From: an uncultured Bacteroidales bacterium
Lineage (GTDB): Bacteria > Bacteroidota > Bacteroidia > Bacteroidales > UBA10428
Direction: 5' to 3'
NCBI GenBank assembly: GCA_964592225.1
Contig: CAZQCO010000002.1
Location: forward strand, 18,401-82,400
DNA length: 64,000 nucleotides
How positions within the stretch are numbered: the stretch's first letter is position 1; the number at the start of each line of letters is the position of its first letter. A model generated the notes under the pieces. It saw nothing but the letters and a program-made list of their open reading frames with translations. It did not search any database and was not told the origin of the DNA. Shown here piece by piece: positions 21,505-31,593 of this stretch. Both the position numbers and the translations under genes were made by a program.

Positions 21505-21555
21505 AAAACCGCGAATGAACCAACTTTAACTTTGGTGATATTTGCGGTTTTTTTT
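21505..21555. terminator. Bidirectional terminator between convergent GSII and GSIII
   Basis: AAAACCGCGAAT...ATTTGCGGTTTT inverted repeat with A/T runs on both sides. Confidence 0.65.
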
Positions 21556-21572
21556 ATTATCCTTCCAATTAA

Positions 21573-23795
21573 TTACCTGCTAAATAATAATTCCCGGTAT
21601 TTAGGCAAGGGCCATAACTCATTATCCACAATCTCTTCCAATTTATCGATATGGTAACGGATAGTATCGATATAGGGAAAAACAGAAGTAGTATATTCCA
21701 TGGCCCTTTCACGGGCAACGGTTATTCTATTTGCAATTTTTCTGGCCTCTGTCATCTCATTAACCTTTGCTTTGATGGTAGTAACATGCTCAGATATTTC
21801 CCTGATAATTTCCAAACGACCGCGGGAGAGATCTTTATATTCTGTTTCACCAAAAATCTCCTTAAGTCCCCTAACATTCTCCAGTAGGCGGGTCTGATAA
21901 TTAAGAGCTGTAGGAATTATCTGGCCTAATGCAATATCACCGATCACACGAGATTCTATTTGTATCTTTTTAGTATAATTATTATAGCGGACATCCGTTC
22001 TGCCCTCAAGTTCTTTTTCATTCAAAATCTTCAGCGCTTTGAAGAACCTTTTTGACTTTGTGGTAAGATAAGCATCCAGAGCTTCAATGACATTAGGAGC
22101 ATTAGCTAAACCACGTTTTTTGGCTTCCTTATGCCATTCATCGCCATAACTGTTTCCTTCGAAACGAATTTTTTTTGAATCGATAATGTATTTACGTATG
22201 ATCTGGAAAATTGCCTCATCTTTTTTAACCCCATTAATAATCAGCACATCTACCTCCTTTTTAAACTGGATTAACTGCTGTGCTACAGCGCTATTTAACA
22301 CTGTCATGGATGCAGCGCTGTTTGCCGATGATCCGACAGCCCTGAATTCAAAACGATTTCCTGTGAATGCAAAGGGCGATGTGCGGTTACGATCGGTATT
22401 ATCGAGTAAAATTTCCGGAATTTTCCCGACATCAAGCTTAAGCTCAGTTTTTTCGTCGGGAGTCATTTTCTTGCTTGTTACCCTTACTTCAAGTTCGTCG
22501 AGCATTTCAGAAATTTTATTTCCGACAAAAACCGACATAATCAAAGGCGGAGCTTCGTTAGCTCCCAGCCGTAAAGAATTGCTGGCCGAAACGATACTGG
22601 CCTGTAATAAATCCTGATGTAGATAAACTGCTTTTAAGGTGCAAACTAAAAAGCTCAGAAATTGCATATTTGTCTTTGGTTTATGTCCGGGTGATAACAA
22701 GTTAACTCCAGTATTGGTCATTAACGACCAGTTGTTATGTTTCCCTGAGCCATTGATCCCTTTAAAAGGTTTTTCATGAAATAGTACCACAAAGTGATGA
22801 TGACGGGCTATCCTCTTCATTATATCCATTAAAAGCACATTATGATCGATTGCCAGGTTACACTCTTCGAATAAAGGAGCTATCTCATACTGATTTGGGG
22901 CTACTTCATTATGCTTTGTACGTAAGGGTATACCCAATTTATAAGCCTCAATCTCGAATTCACGTTTAAAAGCTTCAACTCTTTCAGGAATGGATGAAAA
23001 ATAATGATCTTCGAGCTGTTGGTCTTTTTCAGAAGCATGCCCTACAAGTGTTCTGTCAGTCATAATCAGATCAGGTCGTGCATAATACAAGGCCTCATCA
23101 ACTAAAAAATATTCCTGTTCCAAACCCAGTGTAGCTAATACTTTGTTTACGTTTTTATCGAAGTACTCGCATACAGCAACTGCAGCACTATCAATGGCCG
23201 ACAGAGCCTTAAGCAAAGGAGTTTTATGATCGAGTGCTTCACCGGTATAAGAAACAAAAACTGTAGGAATGCTTAAAGTGTTCCCAACAATAAAGGCAGG
23301 CGAAGATGGATCCCATGCCGTATAGCCACGAGCTTCAAAAGTGTTGCGAATACCACCACTTGGAAAGCTGCTCGCATCAGGTTCTTGTTGAGCTAAATGC
23401 TGACCGGAGAATTTCTCAATGACACTGCCATCATCTGAGTATTCAATGAAGGCATCATGTTTTTCAGCAGTTCCATCAGTTAGTGGATGAAACCAGTGGG
23501 AGAAATGTGTAACTCCCATTTCAAGGGCCCATAATTTCATACCTGCTGCAACTTTATCAGCCAGCTTTCTATCAACTTTCATGCCCTTTTCAATACAATC
23601 CACAACACCTTCGTATGCTTCCTGCGAAAGGTATCGTTGCATTTTAAGCCTGTCAAATACGTTAATTCCAAAGTATCTTGAAGTCAAATTAGCCGGAGCC
23701 TCACAATGTACTGGACAACGTGAATTTGCTAATTGTAATGCCTGAAATCTTATTATGGCCATTTTATAAATACATTTGATGAATATCTTATACAA
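21573..23795 (-). CDS. glnN: Glutamine synthetase type III (likely start ATG 23762)
   Basis: About 730 aa; HWFHPLT, QEPDASSFPSGG, LEQEYFL, HNEVAPNQYE, HEKPFKGINGSGKHNNWS, DRNRTSPFAFTGNRFEFR. Confidence 0.93.
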   Translation of the reverse strand: MYKIFIKCIYKMAIIRFQALQLANSRCPVHCEAPANLTSRYFGINVFDRLKMQRYLSQEAYEGVVDCIEKGMKVDRKLADKVAAGMKLWALEMGVTHFSHWFHPLTDGTAEKHDAFIEYSDDGSVIEKFSGQHLAQQEPDASSFPSGGIRNTFEARGYTAWDPSSPAFIVGNTLSIPTVFVSYTGEALDHKTPLLKALSAIDSAAVAVCEYFDKNVNKVLATLGLEQEYFLVDEALYYARPDLIMTDRTLVGHASEKDQQLEDHYFSSIPERVEAFKREFEIEAYKLGIPLRTKHNEVAPNQYEIAPLFEECNLAIDHNVLLMDIMKRIARHHHFVVLFHEKPFKGINGSGKHNNWSLMTNTGVNLLSPGHKPKTNMQFLSFLVCTLKAVYLHQDLLQASIVSASNSLRLGANEAPPLIMSVFVGNKISEMLDELEVRVTSKKMTPDEKTELKLDVGKIPEILLDNTDRNRTSPFAFTGNRFEFRAVGSSANSAASMTVLNSAVAQQLIQFKKEVDVLIINGVKKDEAIFQIIRKYIIDSKKIRFEGNSYGDEWHKEAKKRGLANAPNVIEALDAYLTTKSKRFFKALKILNEKELEGRTDVRYNNYTKKIQIESRVIGDIALGQIIPTALNYQTRLLENVRGLKEIFGETEYKDLSRGRLEIIREISEHVTTIKAKVNEMTEARKIANRITVARERAMEYTTSVFPYIDTIRYHIDKLEEIVDNELWPLPKYRELLFSR

Positions 23796-23800
23796 AGATA
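23793..23800 (-). promoter_or_regulatory. -7 element for GSIII
   Basis: TATCTTTG on the minus strand, 30 nt before ATG 23762. Confidence 0.55.
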
Positions 23801-23899
23801 AAGTTTCCCTCTATCCTACCTAAAATATAGTTAACATTCAAAGAAGAAGAGTGAATTTTTCATTACTCGACCCTTCAATTATCAATGTGATGAAAAATA

Positions 23900-25264
23900 T
23901 TATGCTTTGCTGTAGAAATAATAAAACCAGGGCAGTGTTTCTATGCCTTTATAGAAATTTTCCAGTGGAAAATTTTCATTCGGTGAATGAATAGCATCTG
24001 TTTCCAATCCAAAGCCCATAAGAACTGCTTTTATCCCTAGGATTTCTTCAAAATCGGCTATTACAGGTATACTACCACCTCCACGAACAGGCAAGGGCTT
24101 TTTATTGAAAGTTTTTTCTATAGCAGCTATAGCAGCATTCATTTCTTTCGAATTCCAGGATAATACATAAGGATTCCCTCCGTGTAATACATCCAACTTG
24201 TATGTAACACTTGGCGGCATTACATTTTTAAGATAGGTCTGAAAAATATTTGCGATTTTATCGGGAGTCTGATCCGGAACGAGTCGCATAGAAATTTTGG
24301 CCGTAGCTTTTGACGGAAGAATAGTTTTTGCACCCTGACCTGTATACCCGCTCCACAAGCCATTAACATCAAGAGAAGGCCTGATACCCAAACGCTCAAT
24401 TGTTGTATACTGTTTTTCACCAAAAAGTTTTTGTACAGCTATTTTACCGGCAAAATCTTCTTCATTTAAAGGTAATGCGTTTAGAAGTTTACGCTCATCC
24501 TCGCGTAAGTTCTGTACATCATCATAAAAGCCGGGGATTGAAATGTGTCCGTTTTTATCCTTCATGCCGGCAATTAAATCAGAGAGTACATTTGCCGGAT
24601 TATCCACTGCCCCTCCATACAGTCCGGAGTGTAAATCTCGATCAGGACCTTTGATGGTTAACTCAAAATATGCTATTCCGCGTAAGCCAACTGCCAGTGC
24701 AGGTGTTGATAACGACAAGATGGTTGTATCCGACACTAAAATTATATCAGCACTTAGCATATCCTTGTTATCAATACAAAATTGTTTTAAGGAAGGAGAG
24801 CTGATTTCCTCCTCCCCCTCAATTAAGAACTTCACATTACAGGGCAGTCTGTTCTCAGCAACCATATATTCGAAAGCCTTAATTTGCATGAATAATTGTC
24901 CCTTGTCGTCATCGGCTCCACGTGCGAAAATTTTACCTTCTCTTATCTCAGGCTCAAAGGGAGGCGACTTCCATTCATCAAGCGGTTCAGGCGGCTGAAC
25001 ATCATAATGTCCGTATACGAGTATTGTGGGCCCATCGGGATTTACTATCTTCTCGGCATATATAACCGGCCACCCTGAAGTATCCATCACTTTTGCGAAA
25101 GTGACACCTGAAGAAAGGAGATTATTTTTAATATAATGTGCTGCCGTATGCATTACTTCTTTATTCTCGCTTAAGGCACTAACCGAGGGAATTCGGATCA
25201 GTTCGAAGAGTTCGTGCAGAAATCTTTCCCTATGTTGTTCAATATAAGCATTAATAGTATCCAT
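23900..25264 (-). CDS. M20 family dipeptidase
   Basis: YGHYDVQP, ARGADDDKGQ, EGEEE, DLHSGLYGG, IHSPNE. Confidence 0.9.
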   Translation of the reverse strand: MDTINAYIEQHRERFLHELFELIRIPSVSALSENKEVMHTAAHYIKNNLLSSGVTFAKVMDTSGWPVIYAEKIVNPDGPTILVYGHYDVQPPEPLDEWKSPPFEPEIREGKIFARGADDDKGQLFMQIKAFEYMVAENRLPCNVKFLIEGEEEISSPSLKQFCIDNKDMLSADIILVSDTTILSLSTPALAVGLRGIAYFELTIKGPDRDLHSGLYGGAVDNPANVLSDLIAGMKDKNGHISIPGFYDDVQNLREDERKLLNALPLNEEDFAGKIAVQKLFGEKQYTTIERLGIRPSLDVNGLWSGYTGQGAKTILPSKATAKISMRLVPDQTPDKIANIFQTYLKNVMPPSVTYKLDVLHGGNPYVLSWNSKEMNAAIAAIEKTFNKKPLPVRGGGSIPVIADFEEILGIKAVLMGFGLETDAIHSPNENFPLENFYKGIETLPWFYYFYSKA

Positions 25265-26950
25265 GTTCCAGGCTTTTTGCCGAAAGTACTAAACCTTGGG
25301 CAGATTAAAAATGAGAAAGTAGTACCTGGTTTGAAATTTCACTTTAAGAAGCCTGTAAAAATGCCTACTTTTATCCTAATCAATTATTTATTTCTCATGT
25401 TTAAATCGTTGAAAAAATCGATAGTTCTTATTTTGATCATTCTCATATTACCCACTATTATTTTTTCAGTTTATGAAATTGGCACACTACGAAAAAACGA
25501 ACAGGTAATTGAATCAATTTACACCAATCAGCTCGATGCAATTCTATATTCTATAAATCAGTATTCGGAAGATGTTATGAATGGATGGGCAAGCAGCCTC
25601 ATTTCAATATTTGATCAACCTGAAACAGCAGCTTTAAATGAATTAGATGAATTCTTCTCCACTGCACCTGTTGCTAACTGTTTGTTTCTGTACAGTGAAG
25701 AAACCAGGCAATTGGGTTCATTTGGCCAGGATTGTGAACGTCTGTATTTACAGGACCTTATCCTTAAGCTCATACAAGATCAGGATTCTGTACTAACCAA
25801 ACTCAAGACATATCTTCGGGGAGGTTACCGGAAAATCGAAACATTCATTCTACCTTCATCAAATTATCAGGTTTTTGCGTTTGCTCAATATTTTCAAGAT
25901 TCTACACAATATATTTTTGTTGTACATAATCCTGAACGTTTTATAAACGAAGTACTCGATCCGAAAATTCAGGAAATAGCCATGGAGAAATTCGATATTG
26001 CAATTTCAAATTCAGGTAATGATTCTGTAATTTATAATTCCGACCGAAAGAATATACCACTGACCATACTTCATAAAAAACCTTTATGGCTTATCAAGAA
26101 TTATGATATCGGGATAGAACTGAAGGATCAAACAATATCCGATCTGGCAAAATCGCGTACACGCAAAAACCTTATCCTCATTGGAATTATCGATCTGGTG
26201 TTGCTGCTGAGTATCTGGTTCATATTCCGTAACATAAACCAGCAGATGGAGCTGGCAAAATTAAAAACTGATTTTGTATCCAATGTATCGCACGAGATAC
26301 GCACCCCTCTTGCCCTGATACAGATGTATATCGAGAGCCTTGAAATGGGAAGAGTAAGCTCAAAAGAAAAGATAAAAGAATATTATACAGTAATTTTACA
26401 GGAAACACAGCGACTCACAGGTATCATAAATAAAATATTAAACTTTTCTCAGATTGAAAGCGGGAAAAGACAATACTCATTTACTGAGGTACAACTTAAT
26501 GAGGTGATCGACACAGTTCTCAGATCGTTTACTCTTGTCTTGGAAAAAAAAGGTTTCAAAACCGAACTGAATTTAGCTCCTAATCTGCCTTTAATGTGGG
26601 CAGACAGGGAATCGATCGCTGATATTCTTGTCAACCTGATAGATAACTCGATGAAATACAGCAACTCGGAAAAATACATACAGATACAAACTCAATGGAA
26701 TGACAGATTTGTTATACTCCGGGTAATGGATAAGGGAATTGGCATTGCCCAGAAGGACCAAAGGAATATATTCGATAAATTTTACCGCGTAACCGAAAAA
26801 GATCTTGCTTTAAAAGCCAAAGGTTCCGGGTTGGGACTTACTATAGTGAAGCATATTGTCGATGCTCATAATGGTAATATCGAGGTGAAAAGCGAAAGTG
26901 GAGCGGGTACGGAATTCATGTTGTATTTTCCATTCAACCAAAACATGTGA
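25214..26950 (+). CDS. Sensor histidine kinase (likely start ATG 25397)
   Basis: Two TM segments around a periplasmic domain, FVSNVSHEIRTPL H-box, DKGIGI and GSGLGL G-boxes. Confidence 0.9.
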   Translation: MQKSFPMLFNISINSIHVPGFLPKVLNLGQIKNEKVVPGLKFHFKKPVKMPTFILINYLFLMFKSLKKSIVLILIILILPTIIFSVYEIGTLRKNEQVIESIYTNQLDAILYSINQYSEDVMNGWASSLISIFDQPETAALNELDEFFSTAPVANCLFLYSEETRQLGSFGQDCERLYLQDLILKLIQDQDSVLTKLKTYLRGGYRKIETFILPSSNYQVFAFAQYFQDSTQYIFVVHNPERFINEVLDPKIQEIAMEKFDIAISNSGNDSVIYNSDRKNIPLTILHKKPLWLIKNYDIGIELKDQTISDLAKSRTRKNLILIGIIDLVLLLSIWFIFRNINQQMELAKLKTDFVSNVSHEIRTPLALIQMYIESLEMGRVSSKEKIKEYYTVILQETQRLTGIINKILNFSQIESGKRQYSFTEVQLNEVIDTVLRSFTLVLEKKGFKTELNLAPNLPLMWADRESIADILVNLIDNSMKYSNSEKYIQIQTQWNDRFVILRVMDKGIGIAQKDQRNIFDKFYRVTEKDLALKAKGSGLGLTIVKHIVDAHNGNIEVKSESGAGTEFMLYFPFNQNM

Positions 26951-27642
26951 TGATGAAAAAAATACTAATTGTTGAAGATGAAGCCCCTATGCTTCAGGGA
27001 TTAAAGGATAACCTCGAATTTGAGGGTTACACAGTTGATACAGCTGCCGATGGCAATACCGGCCAGGATAAAATTCTGAATAATTCCTACGATCTGGTGC
27101 TTCTTGATGTAATGTTACCTCATATATCGGGTTTCGATATATGTAAAAATGCCCGGAATGCAGGAATTACAATACCTATTATACTCTTAACCGCAAAAGG
27201 TGAAGAAATTGACAAAGTAGTGGGACTGGAACTGGGTGCCGATGATTATATCACCAAACCATTTAGTCTTCGAGAGTTGCTAGCCCGAATAAAAGCCATT
27301 CTGCGAAGAGTTCCTTCGAATCAGGATTACAAGCATGAAGAGAAAGATATCACACTGGGGAAACTTACGCTTAACTTTAAAAATTATGAGGCATTTGAAA
27401 ATGGTAAACCGGTTAAACTAACCCATAAAGAATTTGAAATACTCTCCTATCTCTTTAATAACGCCAATAAAACTGTCGAGCGTGATGAACTAATGAGTGA
27501 AGTATGGGGTATTGATTATGACATTACTACCCGCACAGTAGATAACTTTATATTAAAGTTGAGGCAAAAAATTGAAAAGGACTTGAATAATCCTAAGCTA
27601 ATTCTGACAGTGCATGGAGTTGGCTACAAATTGATACTTTAG
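26947..27642 (+). CDS. OmpR/PhoB-family response regulator
   Basis: Receiver (VEDE, DVMLP, KPF) plus winged helix ([22 protein letters not shown]); overlaps the kinase stop. Confidence 0.95.
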   Translation: MMMKKILIVEDEAPMLQGLKDNLEFEGYTVDTAADGNTGQDKILNNSYDLVLLDVMLPHISGFDICKNARNAGITIPIILLTAKGEEIDKVVGLELGADDYITKPFSLRELLARIKAILRRVPSNQDYKHEEKDITLGKLTLNFKNYEAFENGKPVKLTHKEFEILSYLFNNANKTVERDELMSEVWGIDYDITTRTVDNFILKLRQKIEKDLNNPKLILTVHGVGYKLIL

Positions 27643-27860
27643 GTTAGTGTTACCTTGCGGAAGTGAAAAATGAAACGCACTTCCTTTATTCAATTCACTT
27701 TCAATCCAGATTTTTCCATTGTTTTTTACAATATATTCTTTACATAAAATTAATCCCAGTCCGGTTCCCGCTTCACCTTCTGTTGCTTCTCCGGTAATGT
27801 ACATCGACCCTGATAAGTTCCCAACCGAAGAATTCCCTAGTCATCTTTAAATATACTCTG
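27640..27860 (-). pseudogene. Eroded histidine kinase HATPase C-terminal fragment
   Basis: [37 protein letters not shown] in one frame; the preceding LIRVDVHY segment is in another frame; no H-box or start. Confidence 0.7.
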
Positions 27861-28098
27861 AACGGAATTATGATTAATTGAATAAGTATTATAGTTATTT
27901 TTTAAAAAGTCATAAATAAGATTTTCATTTCTACAGAAGTATTTCTATGCAATTAAATATCACTTATCGAATAGTATTAAGGAATAGTATATCTCTTTTC
28001 CATATCTTCTTTTAAAAAATAAGCTGTAACTATCCCATAATTTAATCCCTGAAAAAAGAATGCTTTAAAAACGAGTTTTAGGAACGATACAATATAAT

Positions 28099-28173
28099 TT
28101 ACATTCTGGTGACATTTCATGACAATCTTTTACCTGTGTGTGACAGCGACACTATTTGACTCCCGTATATTTG
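28099..28173 (+). promoter_or_regulatory. Phased T(G/T)ACA direct repeats plus -7 element
   Basis: TTACA 28099, TGACA 28110, TGACA 28120, TTACC 28130, TGACA 28141; TATATTTG at 28166-28173. Confidence 0.5.
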
Positions 28174-28198
28174 TGTCAGATATTTAAACAACCAGACA

Positions 28199-28600
28199 AT
28201 GAAAACAACCCTATTACTGCTATGTCTTTTTGTTGGAATGATAAGCAATAATCTTCTGAAAACTAATGAGGCTGTATTCGAAAATAGTAAGATCAGTAAA
28301 ATGAAAAGTGAGTTTGAAATTAGCACTTCCCCACGTCCCGTTTTATGGAAATCCGAATTACTGGCTAAAGCAGATAGTTCCAATCAATATATCTATATCG
28401 TTGGGAAACACGATCTTTCAACTGACAGTCAATTATTTTCTGAGAACTATCTCAATTTTAATAAATGTCAAATAAAGTATCAGAATGTTGACAAAAATTT
28501 TAACAATTGCTGGACAGGAAACCCTATTGCGGATTATCTTGATGAAAAATATTTGACCATTAATGTATTTTGTAAATCAGAAACAAATAATATAGTGTAA
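28199..28600 (+). CDS. Hypothetical exported protein
   Basis: Signal-peptide-like N-terminus; 1 nt before the next ORF. Confidence 0.5.
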   Translation: MKTTLLLLCLFVGMISNNLLKTNEAVFENSKISKMKSEFEISTSPRPVLWKSELLAKADSSNQYIYIVGKHDLSTDSQLFSENYLNFNKCQIKYQNVDKNFNNCWTGNPIADYLDEKYLTINVFCKSETNNIV

Positions 28601-28601
28601 A

Positions 28602-29684
28602 ATGAGAAAACGAATATTACATATCGTGATCATACACTTTGTATTAATAGTTGTATTTCTTTTAACTTCCCAAAAAGCAGGTGCAGAAGACTTAAAAAGG
28701 ATTATGTATCTCTCAGGGAACTGGAAATTTTCAATTGGGGATAATGCTAACTGGGCCAATCCGGGATTTAATGATAATGATTGGGATGTAATACGAGTGC
28801 CGGGTAAATGGGAAGACAATGGTTATTCAGAGTATAATGGATATGCCTGGTACAGGAAAGATTTTACAATTAAAAATATTTCTGATAATACTCCGCTCTA
28901 CCTGGTACTTGGCAGGATCGACGATGCCGACGAAGTTTTTCTGAATGGTAAAAAAATAGGTGAAAGCGGAAGTTTTCCGCCTGATTACATAACTGCTTAT
29001 AATAAAACAAGAAAATATCTGATCCCGGTAGAGTATCTGAATTTCTCCGGCACCAATACACTGGCCATAAGAGTGTATGACAGCTATCTCGAAGGAGGTA
29101 TAATTAGTGGCCCCATTGGAATATATACAGATGAGGATGACAATTTGCTTGATCTTAATCTTTCAGGAAAGTGGAAATTTCATCTGGGTGATAATAAGCA
29201 ATGGAAAAATACTTCTTTCGACGATGATTTATGGTCAAAAATTGATGTGCCCTCAGAATGGGAACAGCAAGGTTATTCCAATTACGATGGAGTTGCCTGG
29301 TATAGAACTACATTCAGGATACCATCACACCTGAAAAATAAAACATTATACCTGATTCTGGGTAAAATTGACGATTATGACTATGTATACCTTAATGGAG
29401 AACGCATAGGAACAGTATTTGAACTTGACAAAGATGGCGAATACAGAAGGAGAGGCTATGAGTATAATGCTAGAAGAATATATGAGATACCCAATGATCT
29501 TCTGAGACAGAATGGTGAAAATACTCTTGCAATCAGGGTGTTTGACGAGCGTATACGCGGAGGAATATATGAAGGCCCCATTGGTTTGATGACTGAAGAA
29601 AATTGTCGTATCTATCGACGAAAACATTATGAGAACCGACCGTTTTGGGACTTTATTTTAGAAGAATTTTTGATTGACTATTGA
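28602..29684 (+). CDS. Exported protein of two tandem galactose-binding-like jelly-roll domains (GH2_N / sialate O-acetylesterase accessory type)
   Basis: Two internal repeats LSGxWKF..W..I.VP..WE..GY..Y.G.AWYR..F..LY L.LG.IDD.D.V.LNG..IG..N.LAIRV.D..GGI..GP; no catalytic domain. Confidence 0.75.
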   Translation: MRKRILHIVIIHFVLIVVFLLTSQKAGAEDLKRIMYLSGNWKFSIGDNANWANPGFNDNDWDVIRVPGKWEDNGYSEYNGYAWYRKDFTIKNISDNTPLYLVLGRIDDADEVFLNGKKIGESGSFPPDYITAYNKTRKYLIPVEYLNFSGTNTLAIRVYDSYLEGGIISGPIGIYTDEDDNLLDLNLSGKWKFHLGDNKQWKNTSFDDDLWSKIDVPSEWEQQGYSNYDGVAWYRTTFRIPSHLKNKTLYLILGKIDDYDYVYLNGERIGTVFELDKDGEYRRRGYEYNARRIYEIPNDLLRQNGENTLAIRVFDERIRGGIYEGPIGLMTEENCRIYRRKHYENRPFWDFILEEFLIDY

Positions 29685-29699
29685 GTGGAATAGCATATT

Positions 29700-30749
29700 A
29701 TGAGAACAAATTACACATTTTGGAAATTTACATTAATCAGCCTGATATTAAATGTATTGATTGTAACAGGGCTAATTGCTTCTGATTATAATTTAATCCG
29801 GATTAAAAATCTTTCAGGCAGTTGGAAATTTTCTATCGGAGAACGTGAAGAATGGGTATCAGCAGCCTACAATGATACTGATTGGGAAACCATCATGGTA
29901 CCTTCACCATGGGAAAATCAAGGATTTTATGGTTATAACGGTTTTGGATTTTACCGTAAAACCTTTACAATATCCAATGAATACAAGGATAAAACTCTTT
30001 ATCTCGTTCTGGGTTATATCGACGATGTTGATGAAACCTATCTGAATGGTAAAAAAATCGGCTCTACCGGTACCTTTCCCCCCAATTACAATACAGCTTA
30101 TAATGCAAAAAGGATTTACAGGGTACCAAAGAAACTTATAAATTTTAACGGGCCTAACATTCTTGCGGTGAAAGTATATGATTCCTACCAGGCCGGAGGA
30201 ATAGTAAGTGGCAATATCGGAATTTATATAAATCCTTTCGAAATACCATTAGATGCAAGTCTGGAGGGAGAATGGAAATTTCAGACAGGTGATGATCTGG
30301 AAAGAAAATCGATTAATTATAACGACAGTAAGTGGGACAAAATTTTAGTGCCGGCCAAGTGGGAAGATCAGGGTTACAGAGACTACGACGGATATGCCTG
30401 GTATAGGAAGAATTTTTACTACCGGGGTAGCTTTAAAGAAGAGACCTTAGTATTACTTCTTGGGAAAATCGATGATGTCGATGAAGTATACCTGAACGGA
30501 GTAAAAATAGGTATGACGGGAGATTTTGTCGACCGGGAGGGTCAGCGAATATCAACCGGGCAGCATTACCAGGCCTTGAGGGGATACTTTTTCCCGGCGA
30601 ACCTGCTTAAGAAAGATCAGAAAAACACTATTGCTATTCGGGTTTACGACTCGGGAGGTGATGGAGGAATTTATGAAGGACCGGTCGGATTCGTATCTCA
30701 AACACGATATATCGAGTACTGGAGGGAACGCAAAAGAATGAAACATTAA
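29700..30749 (+). CDS. Paralogous exported tandem jelly-roll domain protein
   Basis: Same two-repeat architecture as 28602-29684. Confidence 0.75.
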   Translation: MRTNYTFWKFTLISLILNVLIVTGLIASDYNLIRIKNLSGSWKFSIGEREEWVSAAYNDTDWETIMVPSPWENQGFYGYNGFGFYRKTFTISNEYKDKTLYLVLGYIDDVDETYLNGKKIGSTGTFPPNYNTAYNAKRIYRVPKKLINFNGPNILAVKVYDSYQAGGIVSGNIGIYINPFEIPLDASLEGEWKFQTGDDLERKSINYNDSKWDKILVPAKWEDQGYRDYDGYAWYRKNFYYRGSFKEETLVLLLGKIDDVDEVYLNGVKIGMTGDFVDREGQRISTGQHYQALRGYFFPANLLKKDQKNTIAIRVYDSGGDGGIYEGPVGFVSQTRYIEYWRERKRMKH

Positions 30750-30847
30750 AGATTTTAATATAGTCTTATTGATTTCTGGTTAGGGTTTTTGTTTTATGCT
30801 GGTGATTTGGATTAATGATCAATAACATCCGAGTCATCAGCTGTTTT

Positions 30848-31426
30848 TTATGATCTTATCTTATTCAAACGTTGACCAATGATAGTAAGAAGGTTACGAT
30901 ACCAGGTATTTCCAAATCGCCTGATTAAAGCGTCTTTAACAAACTCATACAAAGGAATGCCATCCTTTTCCCCCTTTTGCCGGGCAGGTTCACAAATAGT
31001 CCATTTATCATAATTAACAGCAATAAATTGCTCATATTTTCTAATACGAATAGGATAAAGATGGCATGATACGGGTTTTCGAAAAGTAATGGCCCCATCT
31101 ATATAGGCTTTTTCGATACCACACATGGCAATACCTTTTTCAAAAACCACATAGGCACATTCCTTACCTTGAATTAAAGGTGTAACTGTTTCATTTTCAG
31201 CATCCAGAATATGTGTACCCTGTTGTTCAATAGCCTCTATACCTTCTTTTCGCAGGAAAGGTTTTATTTTATCTATTATTTCAGGCAATAAAAGCACTTC
31301 TTCGACAGAAAGTGGAGCCCCTGCATCCCCCTTCACGCAACAGGCACCTTTACATTTACTCAGATCACAGAAGAAATGCTTTTCTGCCAGATCATCGCTT
31401 AGCAGTGTATTCCCGATTTGAATCAT
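30848..31426 (-). CDS. DUF3109-family Cys-rich protein
   Basis: FFCDLSKCKGACCVKGDAGAPL, ECAY, KPVSCHLYPIR. Confidence 0.8.
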   Translation of the reverse strand: MIQIGNTLLSDDLAEKHFFCDLSKCKGACCVKGDAGAPLSVEEVLLLPEIIDKIKPFLRKEGIEAIEQQGTHILDAENETVTPLIQGKECAYVVFEKGIAMCGIEKAYIDGAITFRKPVSCHLYPIRIRKYEQFIAVNYDKWTICEPARQKGEKDGIPLYEFVKDALIRRFGNTWYRNLLTIIGQRLNKIRS

Positions 31427-31530
31427 TTTTATTTGCTATTCCGATTTGTAAATATAATGAAATCAGAAAACCATATTCTCTTCAGAAATCAATCTGAAAA
31501 TCCGAATAACTACTGACTCTTTTAAAATCT

Positions 31531-31562
31531 GAAAGGGGCTGCATCAAAACACAACCCCTCTC
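31531..31562 (-). terminator. Terminator after the fasciclin gene
   Basis: GAGAGGGGTTG...CAGCCCCTTTC stem on the minus strand. Confidence 0.6.
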
Positions 31563-31593
31563 ATTTCTAATCAACCTTAAGTAAACTGGAATT

